Position numbers and translations under genes: made by a program. Below, in pieces: positions 15,642-31,895 of a DNA stretch of 64,000 nucleotides (positions within the stretch are counted from its first letter, which is position 1; each line of letters opens with the position of its first letter). The notes beneath the pieces are model-generated. The model searched no databases. It saw only the letters and a list, made by a program, of their open reading frames with translations, and was not told the origin of the DNA. This stretch comes from the human T2T-CHM13v2.0 reference genome, Homo sapiens, in assembly GCF_009914755.1 (NCBI RefSeq), contig NC_060932.1; one strand, 5' to 3'.

Positions 15642-16010
15642 TGCTGTGATCTGAATGGATCCCTCAAAATTCCTATGCTGAAACTTAATCACCTATGTGA
15701 TAATATTAAGAGTTGGAGCCTTTACAGAGTGATTAAGATATGAGGGTGGAGTCCTCATGGGTGAAATCAGTGCCCTCATAAAAGGACTTGAAGGAGTAGG
15801 TTCATCCTCTTCCATCCCTCCCGCCATGTGGGACAGTGTTTACCCCTTCAGCTGTATGCAGATGCTGCAGAAAGGCCCTTGGCAGACACCAACTGCCAGG
15901 GCCTTGACTGGACTTCCCAGCCCTCAGAATGGTGAGAAAATAAATTTCTGTTCTTTATAAATTACTCAGTCTCAGGTGCTTTCTTATAACAGCATGAATG
16001 GACTAAAACA
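15642..16010 (+). mobile_element. MST (MSTC/MSTD-like) MaLR solo LTR
   Basis: TGCTGTGATCTGAATG...AATAAATTTCTGTTCTTTATAAATTAC...GGACTAAAACA. Confidence 0.85.
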
Positions 16011-16089
16011 AAAAGTTAGACTGCAGAAATAGTATTATTACTTTTAAAGTGAGCTGAAAGACTATTAGGGAAGGTGGAGTGAATGATTA

Positions 16090-16335
16090 AAGGTAGTGAG
16101 GTCAAGGGGTTGAAAGTACAGGCTTGGGAATCAGAAAGACTTGCTACTCACTATATTTGACATTTTGCAAAACAAACCTCCCTGCTCCACAGTTTCTTCA
16201 CATGTATTATAAGAAAATATATCTGTGGATGAGTCTTATGAGGATTAAATGAATTCACGCATGTAAAGGCTCACAAAGTGCTAGGGGGACACATAATAGG
16301 TAAAAATTCAATGAATGACAGGTATCAATATTATT
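16090..16335 (+). mobile_element. MIR
   Basis: CAGGCTTGGGAATCAGAAAGAC...CAGTTTCTTCACATGT...GAGGATTAAATGA. Confidence 0.7.
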
Positions 16336-16556
16336 AATTAATCATTTTAATATTCAGCTGATATACAGTCTGTTTGGACCAAAACATCTTCCTTCTTCTT
16401 GGCTTTCACTATCTTGGCTTTCATTATCATGATAATGCCCTCAAGAGTAGATAGACAATATTTTCATTCCTATAATTTTAATTTAGCTGTTGAAGAAAAC
16501 TGTATGTCATTTGAACTACTATATCAGTATCAAATCCTATTTTAAAAGCAATTGTC

Positions 16557-16873
<317 letters not shown>

Positions 16874-17542
16874 TTAATAATTCAAAGAGAGAAGAAACTT
16901 ATACTGTCTTTGCTCAAACAGGCTGCTATAATCAGAATAAATGTTCTGCAGTGATCATACTATTTATTTTTCAGAGCTTCCCATTTTTTGAAGCCTAAAA
17001 TGGTTTAATTCTATCTACCAAGCAATTAATATGTTCTACTAAACAAATTGGAACTGGAGAACCAAATTAACACCTTTCAAGAGTGATATATCAACGCAGG
17101 ATTCTACAGAATGCTTTATGACCCTGCCACCTAATTTAATGGATAAGTTCGAAGCATCAGAATGCCCAGCATGACTTGAATTCTTTCAGATACTAAAAAA
17201 TATACATTCATATCAAGTGCAAATTCTCAGCCGAAAAACAAAACTTCACTACTATGTATGAAATTCTTCTGTCAAATCCCTTATCTTTACCCTAAAACTA
17301 GACTAAAATCCTCTTCATTAACCCAGACTTAAATGAGTTAGGAAAGAAGATGTTTTGTGCGAATAGATAAGAGCTATGACAAATGAACACTAGACTTCCT
17401 TCTGGCCTCACATGCCTGATGAATCATATTCCAAGACTGAGGCCTCTCAGATGTGACTACCTCACCACGGTCCTTAGTCGGAGCAACTGACCAGCCTTTC
17501 TATAAACCCGGTTGAAGGGTACATCACAGCCCAAACACCTCA

Positions 17543-18551
<1,009 letters not shown>

Positions 18552-18635
18552 TCAGATGGGGGGGTGGGAACCTGGAGCAAGATTCTAGAAGGTGGATTAA
18601 GGAACATGGCAAAGAAGAGTGATAGATTAGGTGAC

Positions 18636-18987
18636 TGTATTAGTCTATTCTCCCACTGCTATGAAGAGATGCCTGAGACTGGGTAATTTATAAACAAAAG
18701 AGGTTTAATTGGCTCAGTTCCACATGGCTGGGGAGGCCTCAGGAAACTTACAATCATGGGGGAAGGCACTTCTTCACAGGATGGCAGGAGAGAGAACGAG
18801 TGCAGAGTGAAGAGGGAAGCCCCTTATAAAACCATCAGATTTCATGAGAACTCACTCACTATCATGAGAACAGCATGAGGAACCGCCCCCATGATTCAAT
18901 TATCTCTACCAGGTCCTGTCTTGACACATGAGGATTATTACAATGCAAGGTGAGATTTGAATGGAGACAAAGAGCCAAACCATATCA
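18636..18987 (-). mobile_element. THE1C (ERVL-MaLR) solo LTR
   Basis: TGTATTAGTCTATTCTC...AGCCAAACCATATCA; perfect 5-bp TSD GTGAC. Confidence 0.92.
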
Positions 18988-19469
18988 GTGACAAACATGA
19001 GACTGCCAGGCCAACCACTGCCAAGGACTGAGGGCTGAGCTTGGCTAATGAAGTCAGAAAAGTTAGAGGAGGGTGAGCAGCATCCGAAGCATGATCCTCA
19101 GATGCTGGAATATCCAGAGTAGCATCCTAAGTCAGAACTCCCTTACGACTTGACCTAGAAACTTCCTCTCCATCTTCCAGGGCAACATTCAAGGAATGAC
19201 TGAGCTATAGGATAAGAGTCAGGATTGACAGAGTATACATAGCAACGATTAAGCTAAATTACATGCATACATGAGCACACACGTGCACATGTACACACAC
19301 CATAAAATAGCTGGTGATAGCTAGGAAAAGAGAAGAAGCTCACCCCAGAAGTCTCCTGGGATTCTACAACTCTAGGGCTGTATTATAATGTTTTAAATAG
19401 CTTTGGGAGGCATACGAAGGATACAACTTTTTTTAAATAATAACAAAGACAACCATTTAATAGGTAAAG

Positions 19470-19670
19470 AAGCAGGTATTGGAGTTATTCTGAGTTTGAA
19501 TCCAGCTCTGACCTTGGAAAAGTTTTAACGACTTTTTCCTCAATTTTATTATCTATAAGATGAAGACAATAATATCTGCTTATGTCCTCGGGTTGTTCCA
19601 AGGTTAAACTTGCATAAAGTGCTTAGTACCTCCCTGAGTAAATAACAAGGTCAGTCAGTGGATACTCATG
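19470..19670 (+). mobile_element. MIR fragment
   Basis: CTGAGTTTGAATCCAGCTCTG...CCTCAATTTTATTATCTATAAGATG...TAAAGTGCTTAGTAC. Confidence 0.65.
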
Positions 19671-20049
19671 GTGGTGGTAGCAATGATGATAATGATATAT
19701 ATGAATATAACCCTGATGTTCAGAGAGTTCAAATCCCCTTCTTTGTTAATCCTTCCATTCTGCCAATAAATCAGATATATAATCAGCAAAAGCAGGAGCC
19801 TCATTCTGACTGAAACAGAATTCATTTGCTTTAAATGCATTACATTAAATCAGGCCTGAGGAAGTCCTGGCATGAAATAAATCAGTATCTATAGTAAACA
19901 GTATTACCTATAATATCATGGAATTAACATCAGCACAGAGAAAATAAGGTAACGAGAGGTTAAAAGATCTCTCTCCCATTAAATAACTATGTAGACAAAT
20001 GCTAAAAGGAAGCATGACTGCGCTGCTTCTAAAATCCCCATTAATGAAT

Positions 20050-20235
20050 GCTTCCTGGTACTTTAGATTATTTTATTTACTCTTCACAAAAATCCAATGA
20101 AGAATATACCATCCTCTATTTACAAATGAGAAAACGGAGGCTTAGAAAAGTAGAGACGCTTGCCTGTGATTACTCAGTTAGGAAAGGGAGGAGCTGGAAC
20201 CTAAATACACATGCATTTGCCTCAAAGGCCTGCTT
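20050..20235 (-). mobile_element. MIR fragment
   Basis: ATTTACAAATGAGAAAACGGAGGCTTAGAAAAG is the reverse MIR core. Confidence 0.75.
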
Positions 20236-21066
20236 CCCCTACCCCTGGCTCAGGGAGGCCCCAGCAGGGATCAAGCCAACTTACCAAATCTGAGGCTGGG
20301 ATACCAGTAAACTGTATTGATGCAAATTTTGACCATCCCTTTCTCCAAAAGAAAACAATCTGAATACAAAACACAGCATGAAAATGGTTTCATCTGGAAC
20401 CCAACACATACGTACTCAAAACCAAATATAAAATTTTGAGCTACACCAGGCATCTATAAAAACAGAGATTAAAATTTATATTCCTCCTGCAAACAAAACA
20501 GAAATCATGGACATGAACCAGGTAATACAAAACCTGAAATTTTGCCCATCACTGGAATACTTGTACAACCAGTGCTCATAAAACAAAATTGAGACAGAAG
20601 TATGTCAGTAACAGAGGCAGAAGATCTATGAGTCTGCCCGACATTCAGTCACATTAAATAAGGTATAGATAAGTTAATGTATGTATATGTGTATATATGG
20701 TCTCAAATTTTTTTTATTTTTTTATTTTCCCATAAGTTATTGGGGTACAGGTGGTATTTGGTTACATGAATAAGTTCTTTAGTAGTGATCTGTGAGATTT
20801 TGATGCACCCATCACCCATGGGTACACTGTACCATATTTGTAGTCTTTTATCTCTCATCCCCCTCCCACTCTTCCCCCCAAAATCCCCAAAGTCCATTGA
20901 CTCTTAGGCCTTTGCATCCTCATAGCTTAGCTCCCACATAGCAGTGAGAATATGTGATTGGTTTTCCGTTCCTGAGTTACTTCACTTAGAGTAATAGTCT
21001 CCAGTCTCATCCAGGTCACTACAAATGCTGTTAATTCATTCCTTTTTATGGCTGCATAGTATTCCA

Positions 21067-21112
21067 TTATATATATAATATATATATGTATGTGTGTGTA
21101 TATATATATATA
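21067..21112. repeat. (TA)n/(TG)n microsatellite inside L1
   Basis: TATATATATAATATATATATGTATGTGTGTGTATATATATATATA. Confidence 0.9.
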
Positions 21113-22986
21113 AACAGTTTCTTTATCCACCCGTTGATCGATGGGCATTTGGGTTGGTTCCACGATTTTGCAATTGTGAATTGTGCTGCTATAAACATGC
21201 ATGTGCAAATATCTTTTTCGAATAATGACTTCTTTTCCTCTGCATAGATACCCAGTAGTGGGATTGTTGGATCAAATGGCAGTTCCACTTTTAGTTCTTT
21301 AAGAAATATCCACACTGTTTTCCATAGCAGCTATATTAGTTTACATTCCCACCAGCAGTGTAGAAGTGTTCCCTGTTCACCACATCCACACCAAAATCTA
21401 CTATTTTTTTATTTTTTATTATGGCCATTCTTGCAGGAGTAAGGTGGTATCACATTGTGGTTTTGATTTGCATTTCCCTGATGATTAGTGATGTTGAGCA
21501 TTTTTTCATATGTTTGTTGTCCATTTGTATATCTTCTTTTGAGAATTGTCTATTCACGTCCTTAGCCAAGTTTTTGATCGGATTGTTTGTTTTTTTCTTA
21601 CTGATTTACTTGAGTTCATTGTAGATGCTGGATATCAGTCCTTTTCAGATGTATAGAATGTGAAGATTTTCTCCCACTCTGTGGGTTGTCGATTTACTCT
21701 GCTGACTGTTCCTTTTGCTGTGCAAAAGCTATTTAGTTTATTTAGGTCAGAGCTATTTATCTTTGTTTTTATTGCATTTGCTTTTGGGTTTCTGGTCATG
21801 AAATCCTTGCCTAAGCCAACGTCTAGAAGAATTTTTCCAGTATTATCTTCTAGAATTTTTACAGTTTCAGGTCTTAATTGATTTTTGTACAAGGTGAGGG
21901 ATGAGGATCAAGTTTCATTCTCCTACATGTGGCTAGCCAATTATCCCAGCACTATTTGTTGAAAAGGGTGTCCTTTCCCCCACTTTATATTTTTGTTTAC
22001 TTTGTTGAAGATCAGTTGGCTGTAAGTATTTGGGCTTATTTCTGGGTTCTCTATTCCGTTCCATTGGTCTATGTGCCTATTTTTGTAGCAGCACCACGCT
22101 GTTTTGGTGACTATGGCCTTACAGTATAGTTTGAAATTAGGTAGCGTGATGCCTCCAGATTTGTTCTTTTGCTTAGTCTTGCTTCAGCTATGCAGGCTCT
22201 TTCTTGGTTCCATATGAATTTTATAATTTTTTTTTAATTCTGTGAAGACTGATGTTGATATTTTGATGGGATTACATTGAATTTGTAGAATGCTTTTGGC
22301 AGTATGGTCATTTTCACAACATTGATTCTACCCATCCATGAGCATGGGATGTGTTTCCATTTGTTTGTGTCATCTGTGATTTCTTTCAGCAGTGTTTTGT
22401 AGTTTTCCTTGTAGAGGTCTTTTGACTCCTTGGTTAGGTATATTCCTAAGTTTTGTTTTGGTTTGGTTTTTTGTTTTTGTTTTTTGCAGCTATTTAAAAA
22501 GGATTAAGTTCTTGATTTCATTCTCCGCTTGGTCGCTGTTGGTGTATAGAAGAGCTACTTATTTGTGTACGTTAATCTTTTATCCAGAAACTTTGCTGAA
22601 TTCTTTTGTCAGTTCTAGGAGCTTTCTGGAGGAGTCCTTACGGTTTTCAAGGCAAACAATCGTATCGTCAGCAAACAGTGACAGTTTGACCTCCTCTTTA
22701 CTGATTTGGAAGCCCTTTATTTATTTCTCTTGTCTGATTGCTCTGGCTAGGACTTCCAGTACTATGTTGAAGAGGAGTGGTGAGAGTGGACACCCTTGTC
22801 TTGTTCCTGGTCTCAGAGGGAATGCTTTCAGCTTTTCCTCATTCAATATGATGTTGGCTGTGGGTTTGTCATAGATGGCTTTTATTACATTAAGGTATGT
22901 CTCTTGTGTGCCAATTTTGCTGAGAGTTTTAATCATAGATGTATGCTGGATTTTTTCAAATGCTTTTTCTGCATCTATTGAAATGA

Positions 22987-23425
<439 letters not shown>

Positions 23426-25751
23426 TCAGTTAGCTTTTGTTAAGAATTTTAGCATCTATGTTCATCAAAGATAGTTTTCTTTTTTGGTTATGTCCTTTCC
23501 TGGTTTTGTTATTAGGGTGATACTGACTTCACAGAATGAATTAGGGAGGGTTCTTTCTTTCTCTATCTTGTGGAACAGTCTCAAAAGGATTGGTACCAAT
23601 TCTTCTTTGACTATCTGGTAGAATTCTCCTGTGAATCTGTGTGGTCCTGGACTTAATTTTGTTGGTAATTTTTAAATTACCGTTTCAATCTCACTGCTTG
23701 TTATTGGTCTGTTCAGGGTATCTAATTTTTCTTGATTGAAGCTACAAGGGTTCTATTTTTCCAGGAATTTATCCATCTCTTCTAGGTTATCTAGTTTAAG
23801 TGCATAGAGGTGTTCATAGTAGCCTTGAATGATCTCTTGTATTTCAGTGGTGTCAGTTGTAATACCTCCTGTTTGTTTCTTAGTAAGGTTATTTGGATTT
23901 TCTCTCTTCTTTTCTTGGTTAACGTTGCCAATGGTCTATCAATTTTATTTATCTTTTCAAAGAACACCTTTTTGTTTCATTTATCTTTTATATTCTTTTT
24001 GTTTCTATTTCATTCTGCTCTGATCTTGGTTATTTCTTTTCTTCAGCTGAGTTTGGCTTTGGTTTCTTCTTGTTTCTCTAGTTACTTGAGGTGTGACCTT
24101 AGATTGTCTGTTTGGGTTCTTTCGGTCTTTTTAAAGTAGGTGTTTAGGGCTATGAACTTTCCTCTTAGCACTGCCTTTGTTGTATCCCAGAGGTTTTGAT
24201 AGGTTGTGCCATTATTGTAGTTCAGTTTGAATAATTTTTTAATTTCCATCTTTATTTTGTTTTTGACCCAATGCTCATTCAGTAGCAGGTTATTTAATTT
24301 ACATGTATTTTAATAGTTTTGAGGGTTCCTTTTGGAGTTGATTTCCAATTTTATTCCACAGTGGTCTGAGAGAGTGCTTGATATAATTTCAATTTTCTTA
24401 AATTTATTAAGGCTAGTTTTATGGTCTATCATATGGTCTATCTTGGAGAAAGTTCCATGTGCTATTGAATAGAATGTGTGTTCTGCAGTTGCTGGATGAA
24501 ATGTTCTGTATATATCTGTTAAGTCCATTTGTTCCAAGGTATAGTTTAAATCCATTGTTTATTTGTTGACTTTCTGTCTTGATGACCTATCTAGTGCTGT
24601 CAGTGGAGTGCTGAAGTCCCCCACTATTATTGTGTTGCTGCCTATCTCATTTCTTAGGTCTATTAGTAATTATTTCATAAATTTGGGATCTCCAGTGTTA
24701 GGTGCACATATGTTTAGGATTGTAATATTTTCCTATTGGACAAGGCCTTTTACCATTATATAATGTTCTTCTTTGTCTCTTTTAACTGCTATTGCTTTAA
24801 AGTTTGTTTTGTCTAATATAAGAATAGCTACCCCTGCTCACTTTTGATGTCCATCTGCATGAAATGCCTTCCCCCTGCCCTTTACTTTAAGTTTATGTGA
24901 GTCCTTAAGCTAGTTTATGTCACCTTAAGCTAAATTTGTGTTACCTTAAGCAAGGTGAGTCTCCTGAAGGCAGCAGATAGTTGGCTGGTGAGTTCTTATC
25001 CAGTGGAGCATTTAGGCCACTTACATTCAATATTAGTATTAAAATGTGAGGTATCTTTGCACTCATCATGCTCTTTGTTGCCTGTGTATTTTAGTTTTTT
25101 TTTTTTTTTTGCTTTTGCTTTTTAACTTGTATTTTTGTTTTATAGGTCCTGTGTAATTTACGCTTTAAAGAGATTCTGTTTTGATGTGTTGCCAGGATTT
25201 GTTTCAAGATTTAGGGCTCCTTTTAACAGTTCTCGTAGTGGTGGCTTGGTAATAGAGAATTCTTTCAGCATTTGTCTGAAAAAGACTGTATCTTTCTTTC
25301 ATATATGATGCTTAGTTTCACTGGATACAAAATTCTTGGCTGATAATTGTTTTGTTTGAGGTAGTTGAAGATAGGGCCCCAATACCTTCTAGCTTGCAGG
25401 GTTTCTGCCGAGAAATCTGCTCTTAATCTGATAGATTTTCCTTTAGAGGTTACCTGGTGCTTCTGTCTCACAGCTCTTAAGATTCTTTTCTTCATCTTAA
25501 TTTTGGATAACCTGATGACAATGTGCCTAGGTGAAGATCTTTTTGCGATGAATTTCCCAGTTGTTCTTTGTGCTTCTTGTATTTGGATGTCTAGGTATCT
25601 AGCAAGGCCAGGGAAGTTTTCCTCAATTGTTCCCCCAAATATGTTTTCTAAGCTTTTAGAATTCTCTTCTTCCTCAGGAACACCAATTATTCTTAGGTTT
25701 GGTCATTTAACATAATCCCAGACTTCTTGGAGGCTTTGTTTATATTTTCTT

Positions 25752-26047
<296 letters not shown>

Positions 26048-28546
26048 TGTTTATATTTTCTTATTCTTTTTTCTTTGTCTTTGTTGGATTGGGTTAATTC
26101 GAAGACCTTGTCTTTGAGCTCTGAAGTTTTTTCTTCTACTAGTTCAATTCTATTGCTGAGACTTCCCAGAGCATTTCACATTTCTAAAAGTGTGTCCAAA
26201 GTTTCCTGAATTTTTTATTGTTTTTTCTTTAAGCTATCTATTTCCTTGAATATTTCCCCCTTCACTTCTTGTATCATTTTTTGGATTTCCTTGCATTGGG
26301 CTTTGCCTTTCTCTGGTCCCTCCCTGATTAGCTTAATAGCTAACCTCCTGAATTTTTTTTTTTTCAGGTAAATAAGGGATTTCTTCTTGGTTTGGATCCA
26401 CTGCTGGTGAACTAGTGTGGTTTTGGGGGAGTGCTGAAGAGCCTCATGTTGTCATATTACCACAGTTGGTTTTCTGATTCCTTCTCATTTGGGTAGGCTC
26501 TGTCAGAGGGAAAGTCTAGGGCTGAAGGCTGTTGTTCAGATTCTTTTGTCTCATGAGGTGTACCCTTGATGTAGTACTCTCCCCCTTGTCCTATGGACGC
26601 GGCTTCCTGTGAGCCTAACTGCAGTGATTGTTGTCTCTCTTCTGAGTCTAGCCACCCAGTGAGTCTACCCAGCTCCAGGCTGGTGCTGGGGGTTGTCTGC
26701 ACAGAGTCCTGTGATGTGAACTGTCTATGGGTCTCTTGGCCATGGATGCCAGCACCTGTTCCAGTGGAGGGGGGTGCGTGCAATGGTCCCCGTGAGGTTT
26801 CTTAGCTTTGGTGGTTTAATGCTCTATTTTTGTGCTGGTTGGCCTCCTGCCAGAAGATGGCACTTTCTAGAGAGCATCAGCTGTGGTAGTATGAGGAGGA
26901 ACCAGCGGTGGGCAGTGCCCTAAAACTCCCAAGATTATGTGCTCTTTTACTTCTGCTACCAGAGTGAGTAGGGAAGGACCATCAGGTGGGGGCAGGGCTA
27001 GGCATGTCTGAACTCAGAGTCTCCTTGGGCAGGTCTTGCTGGGGCTGCTGTGGGGGATGGAGGTGAGAGTCCCAGGTCACTGGAGTTGTGTACCTAGGAA
27101 GATTATGGCTGCCTCTGCTGAGTCATGCAGGTTGACAGGGAAGTGGCAGAAAGCTGGCAGTCACAGGCCTCACCCAGCTCCCACGCAAACCAAAGGGCTG
27201 GTCTCACTCCCAACGTGCTGCCCCCAACAGCCCCCAGTCCATTTCCAGGTGGAGAGCCACAGAGGCTTGAAAACCTGCCCCAGGCTACCCACCTACCAGC
27301 TGCAAAAGAAAGGGCTTGGTTCTTCCACCACTTGTGGAGTCTGCACACCAGATTTGCACCCTCCCCCGAGTTCTGGCCAAGAGGCTTCTCACCCTGTTCA
27401 AATTGTTAGAGTTCAGCTAGAGATTTCCTTCTCCCTGTGGAGTTTTACCCCCTGCTCCTCTCCTGTTGGATCCCTGTGGTGCCAGGCAGGAATGGGCTGC
27501 TTGGGGACCCAGTGAGCTCCCAGGACCTTTCTGCTGCTTCCTCTACCCCTGTATTTCACTCGGCTCTCCAAATTGACTCAGCTGCAGGTAAAATCGGAAA
27601 CTTCTCCCACAAACAGACCTTCAGCTTCTCCAGTGGGGGTGTGTGTTCAGGAGAGGAGGGTCTCCCTTTCCCACTTCCTCAGTTGGGGCACTCACAGTTT
27701 TGGGGGGCTCTCCCAGGGCCTGCAGGAGCAGTCTGCTTCCTTCAGAGGGTCTGTGGGTCCTCTAGGATTGCTGATTTGTTCTTGCAGTCAATCTGGAGCT
27801 AAAATTCACGATGCGAGCCCCGCAGGCTGCTCTGTCTAGAGCTGCAATCTAGTCCTGCCTCCCGTCTGCCATGATGATCCAAACAGTCAGAAAAGAAAGC
27901 TGGTCTTAAATTTTTCTACAGGACTTATCTAACCTATAATTCTATAAACATTTATAAATAGATTAATAATTAAATTCTTCACCCTGCCTCTACTAATAGA
28001 ATATTTGTTGGGATTTTAGTTCTTAAAATTAAATGCCTTCATTTATCCTTTCTTCCTTCTTTTCCTTCTTCACCATATATTTACTTTAGCTGTATGGACA
28101 GTTTGGCAACAACCTTAGAGCAAACGTGAATCTGGTGGGTATAAGAGAAAGCCACACAGTTTTATGACCAAACCCTACCTTAAGAGAAGCCCATGAAAAA
28201 GAAACAAAATATATGTGAGGTGTGGAGAAGGCTCCTAAAGAACCAGACCATCTGCCTTTTCAGACACCCAGTCTCAGATACAAAATCACTGTGAGAGCCA
28301 TTGGTTCAGGGACCACAGTATGTTTGGCACTAGGCAGGATTCTGAGGACACAGTGCCTGCCTAGTAGAAGATCAGAGGCTGGACAGGAGAGAGACATGGA
28401 AACCAATAATTACAGAGCCATTTGACTAGGGTTGTTGTTGCAGTATGCACCAGATGCAGTGGCTGTGGAAGAGTGTTCACCCTTGACTTAAAAGGCTTTC
28501 TTATTCTGGTGTATTAACGTGTACCACATATAAATATTTGCTGGCA

Positions 28547-28958
<412 letters not shown>

Positions 28959-28989
28959 TCACATCAGCGCCAAGTTGCAGATCACTACC

Positions 28990-29420
28990 ATCCCATGCTC
29001 TTTAGTATTTAATCTCATTTTCCACCTTTAGTTTCCAAACCAACATGGACTTTGTCAGACACCTTCCAGTTTAGGTTGAAGGTCATCACCTGGTCATTTA
29101 TATTGCTGTGTTCTCAATATAATAGAGGCATATGGCTAATGTGTCCTTAATTGTGTTATTTTCTTGTGCTCTGTTGCTATCGCATCTCCTGAATTTTCTT
29201 CAGCCAATTTCTGTCAAGTGCATTTAATTTCTTCTATTTCATTTTAGCTCATTGCCAATATTTTCTTCCCCATAGAGTCAATATTCTGCTGCAGAAATAT
29301 TTTACACTGATACAAAGATTCACTCTGTGATAGTTTCTTGAAAGTGAAGCTATTCCTTTCTGGAAGGCCCACACAGCCATTGTAAGAGCTGATTTCTTTT
29401 AGCTTTTCAGTGTATAGCAA
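28990..29420 (-). mobile_element. very decayed CR1/L3-type RT fragment (tentative)
   Basis: minus strand shows TTCAAGAAA (FKK) and later AAGGTGTCTGACAAAGTCCAT (KVSDKVH, cf. KAFDKVPH) in CR1 RT order. Confidence 0.35.
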
Positions 29421-31668
29421 CATGCTTTATTCAGTATATCACTGTTCCCATGTTACACTTAATTACATGATAATGTAGACAGTGACACTGTATTCTGGGA
29501 AAATAAGTTAAATTACTGTAGCTGTCAACAACAAGTGGCAGAACCCACCGACAATGTCATTTACTCACCCTCCAGTCAATAAAAAATACACCTAAGATCT
29601 TAATAGAAAGATCTTCAGGTATGACTGAAAGATCCAAAATCTCTATACTCCTGTGTAATGAAATGCTTTTTCCCGAATGCACTATATTTACTATAGTTTC
29701 AACAGTTTCCTCTTTCTTCTCACAAAATGGGGTAAGAACCGTTTATAATATCCTTGGTCTGTAATACAATTGAAATGCTTCATATAGAAATTAGAAAACA
29801 CTGTGATTGTACTTAGTGTATACTTTTCTAATTTTTTACATTATGAAATTGGTTATATAGTTTTATAAAATTAGTTATATGGTTATACGGTTTTTTTAAC
29901 CATAGAAACTGAGCAGGTTACTTCCTACCTCCGGGACACAATTTACCTTTTTTTTTATTTCTTTAATTTTTTTAAGTGTATTGTTTCCACAAGTTTCAAG
30001 CATTAGTTTTAAGACAGAATTTGTGATTTGGATCTTTTAGGTTAGATAACATCTATATTTTCAGTGAAAATCCTAAATGTACTAAGAAGTGAAGCATTTT
30101 TCAAAACTTGATATAGCTTACTCCAGATCTTGATTTTTATAATTTTAGCTATTTAGGGAAAACATTACCAACTTACAAAAAAATAGCACAGCGTTTCATT
30201 ATGAAATTTGTAGTGCATCAATACCAAATTTCTCCACTAAGATTTTTCAAAGGTGTGTAGGCACCAAATTTCTCCACAAAGATTTTAAAGAGGATATTAG
30301 AAGTGGACTTAGAATGCTGGGTGGCAGCTGGTCAAACATGACAGACTTGAACAAATGTGCCAACAAAGCCCTTATGGTTTACTGGGTAATTATGGGAAGT
30401 GGCATTGGTGCCAGCCAATCAGATTCCTGGGCAGCTACTTCTAAACCCACTTACTCTTAAAGTAGATCATTAAAAATGCACTTTGGTAGAGAAGCTTTGC
30501 TCCTACTCAACATAAATAGTCTATTTGCAAAGTTAGTCATTTGGTCAAAATGCAGCACATCAGTGCTGGTACAGTGAACAACCACCTCTATATTACACAA
30601 TCATCTTCCATTAAAGGCATTTCAGAGTGAAGCTTTCAAACATGAGAGAAATGAATGGGCCTGCCACGGGCATGCGCCCATCCATTCCTGTCCATAAACC
30701 CACATATTGACACACAAAAGCAAGTTCATTCCATTTGTTTTCAGAGCTCTAAAAATTTCACTCCAGAGCTCCTATGTACAGTACAAGTTGAAACACATTT
30801 TTAAAATACCAAACAGAGGACAAATTTTTTAATTTGAAAAGACAAATGTTAATTCCTGGAAGCTGGTTAAGTCCATCTCCTCCTGCCAAACCACTAAACA
30901 AAGAGGTGATAACTGAAAAGCCTTCCCCCAACACCACCAAAAAAAAAAAAAAAAAGCACTCAAGAAGATTAGGACTTTTTCTTAATGACCTGGAGGTAAA
31001 TATTCTTAAATATGCAATCATTCATTTCCCAAAACTTACAAAAGCTGAGTTGACTCCAAATACTGCCTTGGGGAAAAGGGGGATTGGAACACATCAAGCA
31101 AATCATGAAGATTTTAGCCCAAGACTGGGAAATTGTTTTGGGTTACTATGGGATTTACATGGATTCAAATTTTATTTTCTAATATGACACTTACCTTCAT
31201 TTCCAGAAGTCAGTAGACATCTAATCCTGAAAGTCAAGCTTCTCAGCCAAGTATTTTAGTCCCCAGAAGAAGTATAGGCATGAAGGACTAGAAAGCTCTG
31301 CCAATAAAATCTGACTCATAACCAAGGGTGATGTTCCAAATAGTTAATAACTAGGCACTGGCCAACCACTATGGATTCCGGATGTCACCGCCCTGAAGCA
31401 GGGTCCGAGCTCCCTTTGTAGGGAGTTCCAAGGAAGGCTTTGGGTTAGGGGCCAAATTAGCCCAGGCAGCAGAGTGGGTACCCAGGGTCTCAAGAAAGGG
31501 ACCACTTACCGATCAATCCAGACATTTTTCAATATTTTAACCACTAGTTTGGGCATACCTGTGTATACTGGCTGCACATCAGCTTTGCACCTATCTATAT
31601 GGAAACATCCATTTTAAAAGGAGCATTTTAAAAGGATACTGGTGACTCACATTGAAAATGTAGATGCT

Positions 31669-31895
31669 GGCCAAGTGCAGTGGCTCACATCTGTAATCCC
31701 AGCATTTTGGGAGGCCAAGGTGGGAGGATTGCTCGAGCTCAGTAGTTCAAGACCAGCCTAGGCAATATAGCAAGACCCTGTTGCTACTTAAAAAAAAGAA
31801 GAAGAAAGAAGAAAGAAGAAGGAGAAGGAGAAGAAGAAGAAGAAGCAGAAGCAGAAGCCAAAAAAGAAAAAAAAAAGAAAAGAAAGAAAAGAAAA
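31669..31895 (+). mobile_element. FLAM_C / Alu left monomer with GAA-rich tail
   Basis: monomer 31669-31789; TSD GAAAATG(T/C)AG(A/T)TGCTG. Confidence 0.88.

Noticed and set aside
16397-16428. 15-bp tandem repeat TCTTGGCTTTCA(C/T)TA and similar 10-11-bp doublets (8379, 37641)
   Set aside because: Ordinary slippage duplications
30657-30677. p53 response element GGGCCTGCCA C GGGCATGCGC
   Set aside because: Three mismatches including one in a core, plus a spacer; expected by chance
31186-31512. Two minus-strand GGTAAGT splice donors
   Set aside because: No convincing paired acceptor or reading frame; several such 7-mers are expected by chance in 64 kb
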